A stretch of 63,829 nt of DNA, the filler included, from Perkinsus chesapeaki ATCC PRA-425 (lineage: Eukaryota; Protista; Perkinsozoa): the NCBI GenBank assembly GCA_013115145.1. It is 15 parts of 15 records of this genome, joined end to end, with 100 filler letters (N's around TTAATTAATTAA, not from the genome) between each part and the next. Parts side by side here need not be neighbours in the genome. Positions count along the whole stretch, not along the records: positions 1 to 1,291 come from JAAPAO010002054.1; positions 1,392 to 5,184 come from JAAPAO010001356.1; positions 5,285 to 6,689 come from JAAPAO010001979.1; positions 6,790 to 8,024 come from JAAPAO010002088.1; positions 8,125 to 29,832 come from JAAPAO010000590.1; 10 more parts are not named here. One strand, 5' to 3'. The position numbers and the translations under genes are program-made. Position 1 is the first letter of the stretch. The number at the start of each line of letters is the position of its first letter. Below the pieces are notes generated by a model that worked only from the letters and a program-made list of their open reading frames with translations, was not told where the DNA came from and ran no database searches. Below are positions 1 through 12,370 of this stretch, piece after piece.

Positions 1-1291
1 ATGATAATATTAGTATTCTATATATATTTATTACCTTTAATTATATTAATCTATGGTATACAGTATATTATATTTAGTTATAGATATCTGATATTAATAT
101 ATTGTATATTTACTAATAATAATATTAGATATTAATCTATTCTATGATAGTATATAATATAATATATATCAGTAATTAATAATAATATAGAGATATAATA
201 ATAGGAATGTAAATAATATAATATATAGACTAGATATAATATCATAATAATAAATAAATATATAGTAACCCTTTAATACTTACCTATATATATAAATTAT
301 AAATCATTGATATAAGGGATATTTATATATAATATGGTCTTAATTAATTATAAACTAATATAAATCTCAATATACATCTATTTATATACCTTTAATCATC
401 TATATACCATATATAATATATACTAATTATTATAAAGTAATCTAATATAATATTCCTTATTGATAAACTACTAATTATTAATTATTTATTATATATGTTA
501 TAGTTAATTCATTATAAATAAAGGATTGTATACTATTAATTATTATATTATTCACACTAGTATTAATTATAAATATCTAATGTATGGAATATATAAATTT
601 AACTATATAATATTATTAGTAATGATCTAATGCTATATATATGAGATATAGAATATATAATAATGAGATATATTATAGAATAGAATGAGATTATATACCT
701 TATACTAGTAATATATATTATATACCCCTGCATACACATATAAATATTATTAAATTAAAGCAGGGGTTAAATGATGTTATTAATAGATCTACTAGTTATA
801 AATATATGGTATACTTTATTATATTATTTAATCATATGATATATATATAGATTTATTATTAATTATTATATTAACACATTATATATATATTATTACAATA
901 TGAATAGATTATATAAATAAATACTAGTAATTAGTATATAATATAGAGTAATAATTAATATAATTATATTAAAGATAAGATATGTCTATTATAAATCTAT
1001 TATTAATAATTAATACAAGGTATAATATATATCTACTAATATTAATATATTGATATTCTTTACCCCTGCATATATATATATATAATTAATATGGTGTTAG
1101 AGCAGGGGTATTATATATAAATAATATGAGTATTGAATATATGGTAATGATATGATATATTATAATATAAGTCTATTGTATATATAGGCATTATTATTAT
1201 AAATTATCTATATAGATTATATACTATAGATCAATAATATGTATAATAAACTAATAGTTATCTGGTTATATTTAATACTATTATATTTATT
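1..1291. other. Extremely AT-rich contig, possibly mitochondrial non-coding DNA
   Basis: Almost only A/T, no CpG seen, no ORF of 60 aa or more; composition unlike every other contig. No cox1/cob/cox3 motif recognised, so the organellar origin is inference. Confidence 0.4.
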
Positions 1292-1391
1292 NNNNNNNNN
1301 NNNNNNNNNNNNNNNNNNNNNNNNNNNNNNNNNNNTTAATTAATTAANNNNNNNNNNNNNNNNNNNNNNNNNNNNNNNNNNNNNNNNNNNN
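1292..1391. other. Artificial contig-joining spacer (first of 14)
   Basis: 44N+TTAATTAATTAA+44N (stops in all six frames). Recurs at 5185, 6690, 8025, 29833, 31471, 32592, 33835, 43888, 50298, 54614, 57779, 61255 and 62601, each 100 bp. Confidence 0.97.
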
Positions 1392-1459
1392 TTTTTTTAT
1401 TTCCCGTAATACGCACTGAAGCGTCACGGGTTACCTTCAAGTTACACACACACACACAC

Positions 1460-1540
1460 ACTACAACGGCCGGTCCTACTACAACTACAACCGCCGGTCC
1501 TACTACAACTACAACGGCCGGTCCCACTACAACAGTCTAG
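1460..1540 (+). repeat. 3 x 24-bp coding-type repeat (TTTAGPTT), likely the Thr-rich C-terminus of a truncated gene; preceded by (AC)n at 1444-1460
   Basis: act aca acg gcc ggt cct act aca x3 with third-position variation, then aca gtc TAG. Confidence 0.65.
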
Positions 1541-4500
1541 CTAGTGTCTTTGCATGACCTGGGTTTGCCCGTAAGAGTCATCACACCACATAAGCGGTGT
1601 TCTCCGCTAGAACATCTAGCCGACGCTTCTTCCGATCCTACAACCATGCCATATTTTTTTCTACAGAGGACCCTTCGTTGTCATTGCCAGTAGCATGAAT
1701 TCTTTCATGCATTTTTGTTGCTTTTTTGGTGTCCCTGTATACCTCAGAGTGCAGATATGAATAGTAGTTTAGACACATATGAGCGTTACCGGCTATCTTC
1801 ACTTCATCATTCAGCTACTTATTGAGTTAAGACGAGGGTCGAGTTGCAACAGTATGTTGTAACTTAATTCATGGTGAAAGGGTGACAGGAGGTCGGGAAA
1901 TCTCCTTGAACAGATAACCCAGCATATCCTGAGGTGAGTATTATCCAGATATACTACGGAAATTACGGCATGTTACAGCCCCCGGCCCTTAGAGAAAAAA
2001 CCATGTTATTGACTAAAAGCAAATAATATGGAGTCTTCTCTGCCAACGGCTATATAGAGTTATAGATCCACTTTATATGAATCAATCTGATAATCCGTGG
2101 GTTGTTTTAATGATTATCTGGTGGACAGAAACTCAATAGCGCGACTGGTAATAGCGCAGGTTACGCGCGCTCGCTGTGAATTCATTGCACTCTTCTACTG
2201 AGCAGCGGCTGAAGTTCAGCAGTACTTCATATTGAATGCTACTGTTCCCAGATGACATCATTGCCGAAATCAGACTATCAGTAAATTACTGCCAGGGATG
2301 TGATGGCCGGTGCTTCCGATAGCCCGGTGCCATTACCTACCCACTACTATGAGTCGCGGTCGGTGATGTTGCGATAGAGATAATACCACGATATTGTGGA
2401 CTCAATTTTGGACTCCGTTTTGACTCCACTCAATTTAGCTGAGTCGGGAAAGTGCAGTGCAAAGTTTGCACTGTAAACTTCGCACCCCACTCAGTGGGAC
2501 CCATTGCCGGTTTTTCTAAATTAGAAATTCTAATTCCGCCTTGCCTTGCGATTTTGATTTTCTTGCTACTCCTTGCTGTATTTGGAGCAGGTGTGGTCCG
2601 CGTGGCTGCAGTACCAAATTGAGAATTGTATTGATCTTATCCCGCATTGGTGGTCATCTCGTTCCTACATACCCATAAGCTACAACAGACAACAACGGCT
2701 GATCGTAAAGCGCGCCGCAGAACTATTTCGTCTATTTGAAATAGCCTATTTCGTAAACTTGAGGACTATTTCGCTCTTGACTCAGAAATTCCGAGTTAGA
2801 ATCATGTCTCAGTTTTTTTAGTGGTGTTCGTCCAGTTCAATTTCGTCCTATCGTAGAAAACACGTAAGTAAAATCCTAACTGCTCGTCCGCTCATTAGCT
2901 TAACAATGCGAGAGGGAGGTCGAATGACGGACCTATCAGCGAGGAAGATTTGATAGTATAAAAATTATACTACCTGGTAAGAACAAGCTGGCGAGCTTGC
3001 GCTTCCCCATTGTGGTTTTCCGTCATCGAGTTCCCCATGATGACTTAGCTTTCGGCAAGCACGACGACACAGGCACTACACATTACTGAATAAGGCGCAC
3101 ACACAGGGCTCTTGTGACAAGAATATCTGAGACCTGCAGCTACGCAAAAGCTGCTGGATCTCGTTGCAGGCTGAGCCTCATCGTAGCCTACGATTGGTAG
3201 GGATCATTCGGCGATGCCGGATTCTTCCCGAGCGGGGTAGCTCTGGCTCTTGTCAGAGCAGAGCTGCAGAGCCTGGGTTAAATGATACATTGAGTAACAG
3301 GTAAACGGTTACGGGACGGGTGCCAAGCCAATGATATAGCTTTGTGATAAGCTACAGGTTCTAGCGTGGAACAGTGAGTTTGTAGTTGGACGTTTATATA
3401 TTGGGGTTGTTTTACCCGTATAGGTTGGGTGTTGAGTAAACTACTAGCTATATACATACTCTCCGTGATTGGTAGTAGCCTAGTAATAGTAGGTTCTAAG
3501 GACCTGGTTCTCGATTATCTTCTGCACATACCAGCCTGTAAAATCTCATTCTAGGAATAATATGTCATACAGTATGACTCAGACTCCTTATATTGGTCAG
3601 GGAGAACCAGCGTGACGTGGCATAACCGTGAATGGCGGATACTAACCAAATTGTTTAGAGTATGATGATACGCTACAGCCTCATCCTATGTCCTTTCAAT
3701 GGAAGTTCCATTATGGAACTAGCATGGTTCCACATGAAATACTGAAACATAGGACACTGTGAGGGGGAATCGTTACAGGATCTTACCCAGAACTGTGTCG
3801 TTTGGTAGTGACTTATTCGAAATTTAGGGGCGCGTGAGTGCAGCTCCACAGAATACGAGTCTGGTTGAGGGCATGTCCACGTTGCTAAGAGGCATAGTAG
3901 CGTAGTCTTTGGCACGGCGGGATGACAGTCTTTGCTAAGAGACATAGTGAAAATTCCGTTGGATGAAGTGAGGAGCGGATGAGATATAAGTTGATGAAGT
4001 GGCAGTGTATGAAGGGATAATAGTCGCCGGGGGGTGCACTCCGCTGGCCGTGAAATTGACACGTAACTTGTAACAACTGATGAACTACATCCGATGTTAC
4101 ATCAGAATCTGATGATCAGATGAAGACTACAATTTTCCGTTCCACAGCTAGTAGCTCACAGCTTGTAGACCGGCACACAACCGGGATTTCAGTATTCACT
4201 ACACAGGCCGCGGGCGCAAGTACGGTTACAATTAGATCCGATAGTACGTTTACTGGGGTCTCATCGTAACTATGCTGTACTAGCACCACGAGCAGCAGCA
4301 CGGTTTTACCGAGCCAGACTTATACTATCACTCAGATGCATTAGCGGTACGATGTTACATCTGTCTGACAGATTTATAGCTTTAAAAGTTCTCATGTGCT
4401 CCACAGAAGATAACTACGTGCTACTTCTCGAGTTGAGTCATTGATATAAGTCCGAGGGCCAGTTGATTACACGTTTTCCCTGTAGCGTGTTGTTAAATAT

Positions 4501-4946
4501 ATGCATGTTCGGATATCAAAGTCGAATTCCATCGGGAAGTACCGTACTCCTTTCTGTACCGTTCCTTATCAAAGTACGGTCGCCCACCCCTCGTGTGACG
4601 GCGGTGAAAGCAGGCCAAACAGCAATGCTGTCACAGCATCGGCATGGCGCACGCATGAACATTGCATCGAGAAGCGTCGTGATATTGAGAGCCTTACGGA
4701 GCGCTTACCTCTTTCGCAAAGCCTAACCTAGTGAGGAAAAGAAACATCTGCTTTATTGCTGATTCAAAGCCGACATGCTAAAGCTGGATTCCTCATTAAA
4801 CTTCTCTCTGGCCGGCTTGATGTCACCGTGACATCTTCGCAGTTTCGCTATGTGGTGCCGGCCCTGAGCACGCGCTCGCCGCTTGCTGAATACAGTTACA
4901 TGCCTCAGACTGAGTTGCAGTAGTTTACAAGCACAAGCTTATTCTT

Positions 4947-5184
4947 ATGAGGCTCTCTTTTACAGTAGTACTTTCTGCCCAGGTATTCGTCGAAGGATGG
5001 GCCTCGGGGCTGCGACTAGATCTCACCAATTATCTGGACACAGCAGATGTAAGCCAGGTCGAACTGCAAATGACTGTTGTGTATGTTCCTATTTCTATTT
5101 TCCTGCAGGATTACTGCAAATCGCTGTGCAACTCTACTGGCATCGATATTTGTGCTGGCGTTGGGTCATATTGTAAAGACTTTG
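4947..5184 (+). CDS. Putative secreted Cys-rich protein, 3-prime truncated
   Basis: ATG 4947 with hydrophobic leader MRLSFTVVLSAQVFVEG; GTAAG...CTGCAG intron 5049-5108; second exon DYCKSLCNSTGIDICAGVGSYCKDF runs into the gap. Confidence 0.55.
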
Positions 5185-5975
5185 NNNNNNNNNNNNNNNN
5201 NNNNNNNNNNNNNNNNNNNNNNNNNNNNTTAATTAATTAANNNNNNNNNNNNNNNNNNNNNNNNNNNNNNNNNNNNNNNNNNNNCTGAAAATAATAAAAT
5301 ATCAATCATTCCGAACCGTGTAGCGTTCACTTGAAATTTCTCCATCTTTTGCGGGCTGAGGGTCGCCGCTACCGCCGCCAACCTCATCGTCGAGGAAGTT
5401 CACAAACTTATCTGCTAGTGAGGAGCCTCGAGTCAATTCGGTTATCTGAGAAGTAAGAAAGAAGAAGTGATAGTACGAGAGCGATCACAGTCGATGGATT
5501 ATGAGAAACGCAACTAAGATCTTGAGCCAAGATGGCTACGGACTAGTACATGCAACGAGCTGGAGGCAGCTACGAGGGCGGCAGATCACAGGCAAGTGAC
5601 ATAAATAATTATATCCTGTGACACAGAGCGACGAAGGTTGATGAAAAATGAAGGTAGCAAACCGGAGGACCACATATTATTGACGAAAGTGTTTAATCTT
5701 GATGGCGCCCAAAGCTACTGCTATTTCGCAAGATAGGTAACAATCACGAACCAATGGTGTGTGATATGGTTTTAAACCGTACGGCCCGAGATGCATCTAG
5801 CACTCTTGAGCCCTCTGACACTTACTGGAGGGTTCGCAGTAGAAGAGCGGCGTACGGGAAGACCACACTGTTGCTTGACGCCATCAGGGAGCTTTACGAC
5901 TTCAGCCATCACCGACAATGCATCACCACGTACAGTAGGGCTAGAATTGATAAGAGTCAGGTAACAGAGATTCAC

Positions 5976-6460
5976 CTACTTATCGATGTTCAGTGACACT
6001 CTCACGAGCATCTGCCGAAGTATTCCAGCGTCAACGCGATCCTCGTCATCCAATTTTTCAGATAGAGCCGCCCGGTCAGCCACGACTTTACCCAACATCA
6101 ATCTGACAAGTCTCGGCAAGCAACTGTCGACCTTCCCCTTACTTATATTTTTCCAGGTCGTCTTGTGTGGACTCGGCCCGATCCTCCGCGGCTGACGCTC
6201 GCTGCTGTGCCTCATCGATCGCCTATCAGATGGAAAGGTGCCCAAGTGGACGATAGCTCGCCTCACTTTTTCGTGCTCAACCTTAAGATTCTCCAACTGT
6301 CTTTTCAAATCGGCATTCTCCGCATTTGTCCGACTCACTGCCTGGGTCATCCGAGCTCGCTCTGAATCATACTCGACCAATCAAACCACACTCCCCTCGG
6401 CTCACCAATTTCGTGCCTTTCTTGCTCCTCCTCAACCGCCTTCATCAACTCTGTCACCTG
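5976..6460 (-). CDS. Exons of a coiled-coil protein (partial model)
   Basis: Heptad-like peptides VTELMKAVEEEQERHEI, YDSERARMTQAVSRTNAENADLKRQLENLKVEHEK and AIDEAQQRASAAEDRAESTQDDLEKY separated by short GT-AG segments. Confidence 0.45.
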
Positions 6461-6789
6461 AATGACACCGGTATTGAACTGCAAATACAGCAGTACTCGA
6501 AGTGAACTCAGTGAGATATTTTTAAACAACGTCAGAATCAGAAACGAGTTCATGAAGTGTGATTGCCCTTCCGAACAAAATGGATTATGTTTTCTCTCTT
6601 TCGTGACCTACTGTTTTGCACTAGTCTTTGACTGTACAAACTTGGGAGGTCTCATCACAAGTTTCCGACGTCCACCTACCGCGCGCTCCNNNNNNNNNNN
6701 NNNNNNNNNNNNNNNNNNNNNNNNNNNNNNNNNTTAATTAATTAANNNNNNNNNNNNNNNNNNNNNNNNNNNNNNNNNNNNNNNNNNNN

Positions 6790-8023
6790 ATAGGTGCATG
6801 GAGCTCTCTTCATATTCCAGGTTGAAGAAAGCTTGGCCAACATCCAAGCCTGCATACCACACGTCGGACGCTGGTAGCTCACCCAAGCACTCGTCGACCG
6901 AGCGCATGTATGTCCCCCAGCTCGGAAGCAAGTCTTGAACGGACTCATTGATACACCTCTCGTCTACCACCAGCCGGTAGGCGCGGTCCACGTTGTCTAC
7001 TGTCAGCTCCTCATCGCCCTCTAATGAGGGGTTCTTAGGGACGGCGAAAGCTGGAGAAACCCAAACCTGCTTGCGTTCAACTGCCGCACGCGTGAGCCGC
7101 GTCACAACACCCGCCTTAACGAGGTTGTCCACCATGAGCTCCATAGCGCGCATTTCCCGTCGATGGCTAACGTAGGGCCTCTTGGGGCATGGGCGAATAG
7201 CACCTGGCTTCAATTGGACCGAAACCTTGGGGAAAGCCCAATGTCGTAGACGGGCATCGATCTCCGCTTTACTCGGAAGCTTCAAGCGAGTGTCCGCTAC
7301 GAGAGCCGCCACTCTAGTACCCCTATATGGAACCAAGGGCCAGGCGGAGTCTAATGCCCCGCAGTACAAGACATCACTCATTGTGTCGATAGTGGCTTTC
7401 AGACGCTTGAGGGTTCCCATCCCAAGGATGATGATGCCATTGGCCAACCTCTGGTTGAGGCCATCCGCAACGCTCACCCTTAGATTGAACGAGACGTCAC
7501 CACCACTGCGATCGACTAGGGTAATAGGAACCCTAGCCTGACCGATGATGCAAATAGAGCCAAACGACCCAGCCGACTCGAGGCGTTGCAACCCGTGCGA
7601 GCGGCTGACTTCTACGCCCAGAGACTTAGCGCCCCGTGTGGATATCAAGGACAAGTCGGAGCCAGAGTCAACCAAGAGATCCACTTGAACGTTAAGGCCC
7701 GCAGTGGCCCGCACAACGCGGAGGCCGCCCGAGCGAGTTTCCGTCGAGTGTACCATGAACGTCGCTGGCACCTGCTGGCTCGTCCCCTCGCCATCGCCTT
7801 GACTCCTTGGCCCCCTAGCAGATGAGGCCTCGGCCTGCCGTTGGCGGTACCATTCCGGTACGAGGTGGGAGTTCGCAGGGTTCTTCCAACAATGAGCATC
7901 ATCATGCTTATGTGCCCCCCTAAGGCGATTGGTAGAGCAATACGAGCATTTCGCCTTGTTGGGCCTGGCTTCATTGGATGTAACAGGCTCGTTGTCTGGC
8001 CGTTCCCTCGGACCGGCGGGTGC
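6790..8023 (-). mobile_element. Ty3/Gypsy LTR retrotransposon fragment: gag end, aspartic protease, RT N-terminus
   Basis: Frame open from the contig edge: CSYC..H...HCW knuckle-like segment, LLVDSGSDLS protease, VSPAFAVPK, YRLVVDERCIN and LDVGQAFFNL RT motifs. Both ends cut by gaps. Confidence 0.9.
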
Positions 8024-9484
8024 GNNNNNNNNNNNNNNNNNNNNNNNNNNNNNNNNNNNNNNNNNNNNTTAATTAATTAANNNNNNNNNNNNNNNNNNNN
8101 NNNNNNNNNNNNNNNNNNNNNNNNTAAATTAGGAAACCTAAACTGGGCCTTTAATATACGAGGAGCCTTTGAGGCCTCGGGTATGATTATTTCAAATGAT
8201 TTATTTGGGCATTGAAAAGAGTTCATACATATTATCTTCTGCAAGGTTATTCATTAAAACATATTCAGGTGCTTCTTCTGGACTCACAAGGAGCTTTATT
8301 AACCGGGAGATTTAAGACTTTCTTAAAAGAAGAACATGATGCTTTGCGACAGTGAACCTACTGTGATGGCGATGAAACAGCTTTGCTGCACTCTGCGGAG
8401 AATAGGCCCCACAAAGCTATGCCTTCACGGTGTGAATACTCGGGGGAAATTGTAAGTGCCAAATTGGCACTGCTAATGAACTCTATGCCAAGCTCTAGGC
8501 TCTATGCTAGAGTTATCGCATGATTAGCTGTCTAGCCTAGCGGCCACCTAAAACGACGTAGCACGCCAGAATGATGACCATATATCCAGGAAAACCAGTC
8601 GCCGTGCACAGCTATGATGGTCTGATAACTTGACTATTATACTACGGTGTAGTAACTACACCGGTCCTCGTATCCGCCCTTTTGGTCATGTTTTAAATTA
8701 CGCTCGATAATACTCAATATTGAGTGAGAAATCCAAAAAATACGAAATATTCTATTTCATTGCGTCGAGCTGTACGTAGATGTCTTATCAGTAGTACATG
8801 AATATGGTATTCCAATTAGAATGATCCAATTAAACTTTAATTGGATCATTTTAATTGGAACTTTAATTATTAAAGTGATCCAGTTAAGAGACTAGCGGAG
8901 TTCAAATGCCGCACTTCCTCCACTGATGGAGCCAAAAGCACGTAAGCTACTATCGATCTGAATGCTCATGTGCCGCTCGTAAGCCACTGAGGAAGATCTC
9001 AGGCTCTCAAATAACTTGGGGAGTAGCAAGGTGTAAACACTAGAGTCAAGTACCTACCTGGCGGGCTACTCGACAATGCAGCATTGTCCCCAGAGGCTCA
9101 GCTGCTCAGCACTGCGCTGATAATCCGGTTTAAGCTGTTTGCAGGTCCAGCAAGGGGACTTCTGCTGCTTAAAACGATGGCTGAGGCTAGGTTGTGTGGC
9201 TGAGTGTAACGTTCATTACTACACGAGGTTTATGTCGGGAACTGATTCAAACACAAGCCGGTCTTTACTGCGTAGCAGAAATGTTTGTTATCAGAAATGG
9301 AATCGTTGTTTAGACCGCCAAAGGCAATCCCGCGGTGATTAAAGATGATACTATAAATAACTCCGTTGGTTAAGTACTAACCTGCGCTAGCAATAGAAAT
9401 AATATCAAGCGAACACCTGAGACGTGAATGCTCGCTGATGATCAACTAATATTCTGAATCTCAGTTTCAATCAAGGATATCCTA

Positions 9485-9916
9485 TCACGGAGCATTGTAA
9501 AGCTCTACGGTGGGGCCAACCGCGCCTGCCATATAGTAAGTGCCGCACAAGTCTTCCACATACATATTCAAATAGTCCCCAGGAGCCATATTGCCATAGG
9601 CCAATAATCTTAATAAACAGTCGATTTCACCACCACACTTGTAGCAGGAGTATTGCGTCGAGTAGAAGTCGAAAGCGCAGTTTTTACAGGTAAGCGATAT
9701 ACCAGTGACTTGGGTGAAAGTGAGGTTCGCAGTGAAATGATTGAAGTCTTGATGTACCAGCTCCACCTGGTAATGAACTCCAAGCCGAGAGCCGTTGTAA
9801 ACACCATCATAGAACGGACAGTGTGGACAACCTGTCAGATTTATAGTAACCAGCCATGTCGTAGTTACCCACACGAATAATACAAGAAGTCTTTTGATGC
9901 TGCCGACAACACCCAT
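9485..9916 (-). CDS. Unrecognised membrane-anchored Cys/Tyr-rich protein, paralog A (5-prime end uncertain)
   Basis: Hydrophobic LLVLFVWVTTTWLV followed by a domain that aligns with 11831-12370 (YDG.YNGS, LTFTQV.G, TQYSCYK, DC.L.LL.YG.M..GDYLNMY). Confidence 0.7.
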   Translation of the reverse strand: MGVVGSIKRLLVLFVWVTTTWLVTINLTGCPHCPFYDGVYNGSRLGVHYQVELVHQDFNHFTANLTFTQVTGISLTCKNCAFDFYSTQYSCYKCGGEIDCLLRLLAYGNMAPGDYLNMYVEDLCGTYYMAGAVGPTVELYNAP

Positions 9917-11830
9917 CGTAGTTTCTAATAACGGTGATTGTAGGAGGGAGGGGATAGCGATGGCGAAACTCTAAAAAATACATTATAAGTACTGTTCATT
10001 GCTGGCATCCTTGTGAAGGATGTCAGGTGGCCTCTGAGTAAGAAGCAAACACGGCTGCGTATGTGAATTCCAATCGGAGGTAAGAGCCTTGCATTTGTTA
10101 TCCACAAAGCGGTCGCATTTTGTCGGAAATTTCCCTTTTTTCATCTTTAGCCTTATACATGAACATGCGCCATGTGACTCCACTCGAAAAGTTCACGTGA
10201 AAGTTCATTTCGATGGAATACTCTCCCGTCAGATACTGTAAAACAAGAAAAGATCAAGCCACAAGACTCTCGTGTTTCTACACTCTTTCTTGATCGAAAG
10301 TTTTACGGAGCGCCCCGTCTGGCGGGGATTCTCCAACTGTCCTATAGGTGTTGCCAAGCTCCATGGGCCATGCACTACTCAGAGTAGGTAAGGTCGGCCT
10401 GTCTTCGCAACGGGGCGATCAAGAACTTGAAGCGTCGCTGCTCATGAACTGTCACTGCACGTCTTATTCAGCTACTGCATATGGTGAAGCCCCACCATAC
10501 TCATGAAGGGAATGTAGTATGTGGACTCTCCGTTGCGGGCGGATCCTATTGCTCCATGTGTCATATGCGTCACGCGTCACTGTCGCGGTGCGGGGAGCCC
10601 CGCGACCTACCCCACAGCAACGCAGTCTTTCGGCTCACTACGGAGCCTCAAGTAGAAATACTGAACCGATACAGTAATACCACACTCGTAACTGACAAAC
10701 ACCCAGATAAGAAACAAACTTGGACAACTCGTCAAGTTTCGTACGGATCACGGAACTACTTGGAGCTGGGCTCATGTTAAATTCCTCCTGAAAGAAACTC
10801 GTCGGAAACCCTTCCAGACAGACTAGAGGCGCAGAGCCTCATTTACAAGCTGAGATGCACACCCTCACTATTGTTACGACAATTCACATACTCTCCGGGA
10901 TATTGCGTCGTATGACTACTAACACAGAAGAATGTTGTGTCTACGATTGTGTTCTAGCTTAGCGCTGATACTGTTACTCTCCTACTCTATCTGTTACTTC
11001 GCGCCTTCTTTCCAGTTTATATTTTTCCCGTTCCCTTTTTGGGTTGTTACAGAGAGCCTTGTGATAAGCGGAATGAGCTTGCAAATTTAATTTGTATAAG
11101 AGTGATTCTCTGAGACTACTGCAAAGTCCAGAAAAACTCTGACTGCCACAGGGTAGTCGTTACGCATGCGCACATCCTTTGCGATGGCCAAATGCGACGT
11201 ACAAAAATGCCAGTCTGGTGAGCTAAACTATACAAATAGCTTCAACGGTTGCAGCTCCTCAATGGATGCGAAACCTTATATGGTACACTATGTCAGAAGG
11301 CTGGCATCGCTGGCAAGTCGGAGGAGTGCCCCGAGCTCGAACCTCGGAATATCGAAGTTCGTTACTTCAAGTAGCTACCACGCGGGTAGGCGGCGCATGC
11401 CAGAGACCACAGCTGTTGAGACCTGCTATACCCGCTCAACAAACTATATTCTACTGTATGTCACTACATACTGTTACATACTGTAAGTAACAGTATACAT
11501 GTATGCAGTATGTAACAGTCTTTTACATGCCGCATACATGTATATTCTGGATATGTGACATGGTCAGCATTTCGAGTCAACTTTCCGCGTCATGGGGAGT
11601 TTTTTGCCCAACTGAATTCAACACAGGCGAAGATTGGATACTTACTGTAGTAGGACGTGTTTAACACGTTGAATAAACTTAGCAGAATTGGAGCCACAAT
11701 TTAAAATCGCAACAGTAGCTCTGTTCAGATGAGAAGCTCCGGCAACGAAAGTTGAACCTCATGATGCAGACAAGCATGGAAAGAATCATGGAGGGGACCT
11801 CAGCTCCCCCTGCATTGAGTCGCATTTTAG

Positions 11831-12370
11831 CTATTCAACCTTGTGTATCACCACAACCGGACCTGAGGCTCCGCTCAGATAACCAGGCTCACATCCGCTC
11901 CTCTTATACATGTTCAGATAGTCGCCAGTGTCCATATCGCCATATACCAAGAGTTTCAGAAAGCAGTCTTTGTTTGCACCAGCTTTATACTTATAACACG
12001 AGTACTGAGTTTGATAATAGTAAAATTGACATTCTCCGCACTCGAAAGGCTTGCCATTGACCTGTGTGAAAGTGAGGTCCGCCTCGAAATAGTTGTCGTC
12101 GTAATACGCTACTATCACCTGGTAACGGATACCATGCAAGGAACCGTTATAACGGCCATCATAGTACACCCAGTCGCAACCGTTGAGGCTGAAGGACACC
12201 AGCCATATAGTAGTTGTACAAGTGAATAGTACAAGAAGTGATTTTTGACACTGTCGAGGGTAGCCATTCACACAATACTGCTTGTAGTAAAGTGTGAATC
12301 CTAGTCCACAAAAAATACCGATGCAGGGAATTGCACTGGGGAAGAGGGTATTCATGGGTACCTTTGGCAA
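11831..12370 (-). CDS. Unrecognised membrane-anchored Cys/Tyr-rich protein, paralog B (5-prime end uncertain)
   Basis: Clear homology to 9485-9916; both have an upstream HGACS-encoding segment (about 10160 and 12470). Confidence 0.7.
   Translation of the reverse strand: MPKVPMNTLFPSAIPCIGIFCGLGFTLYYKQYCVNGYPRQCQKSLLVLFTCTTTIWLVSFSLNGCDWVYYDGRYNGSLHGIRYQVIVAYYDDNYFEADLTFTQVNGKPFECGECQFYYYQTQYSCYKYKAGANKDCFLKLLVYGDMDTGDYLNMYKRSGCEPGYLSGASGPVVVIHKVE

Noticed and set aside
1336-1347. Repeated TTAATTAATTAA between N runs, and ORFs ending in X...LIN
   Set aside because: Artificial six-frame-stop linker. Adjacency across these spacers carries no biological meaning.
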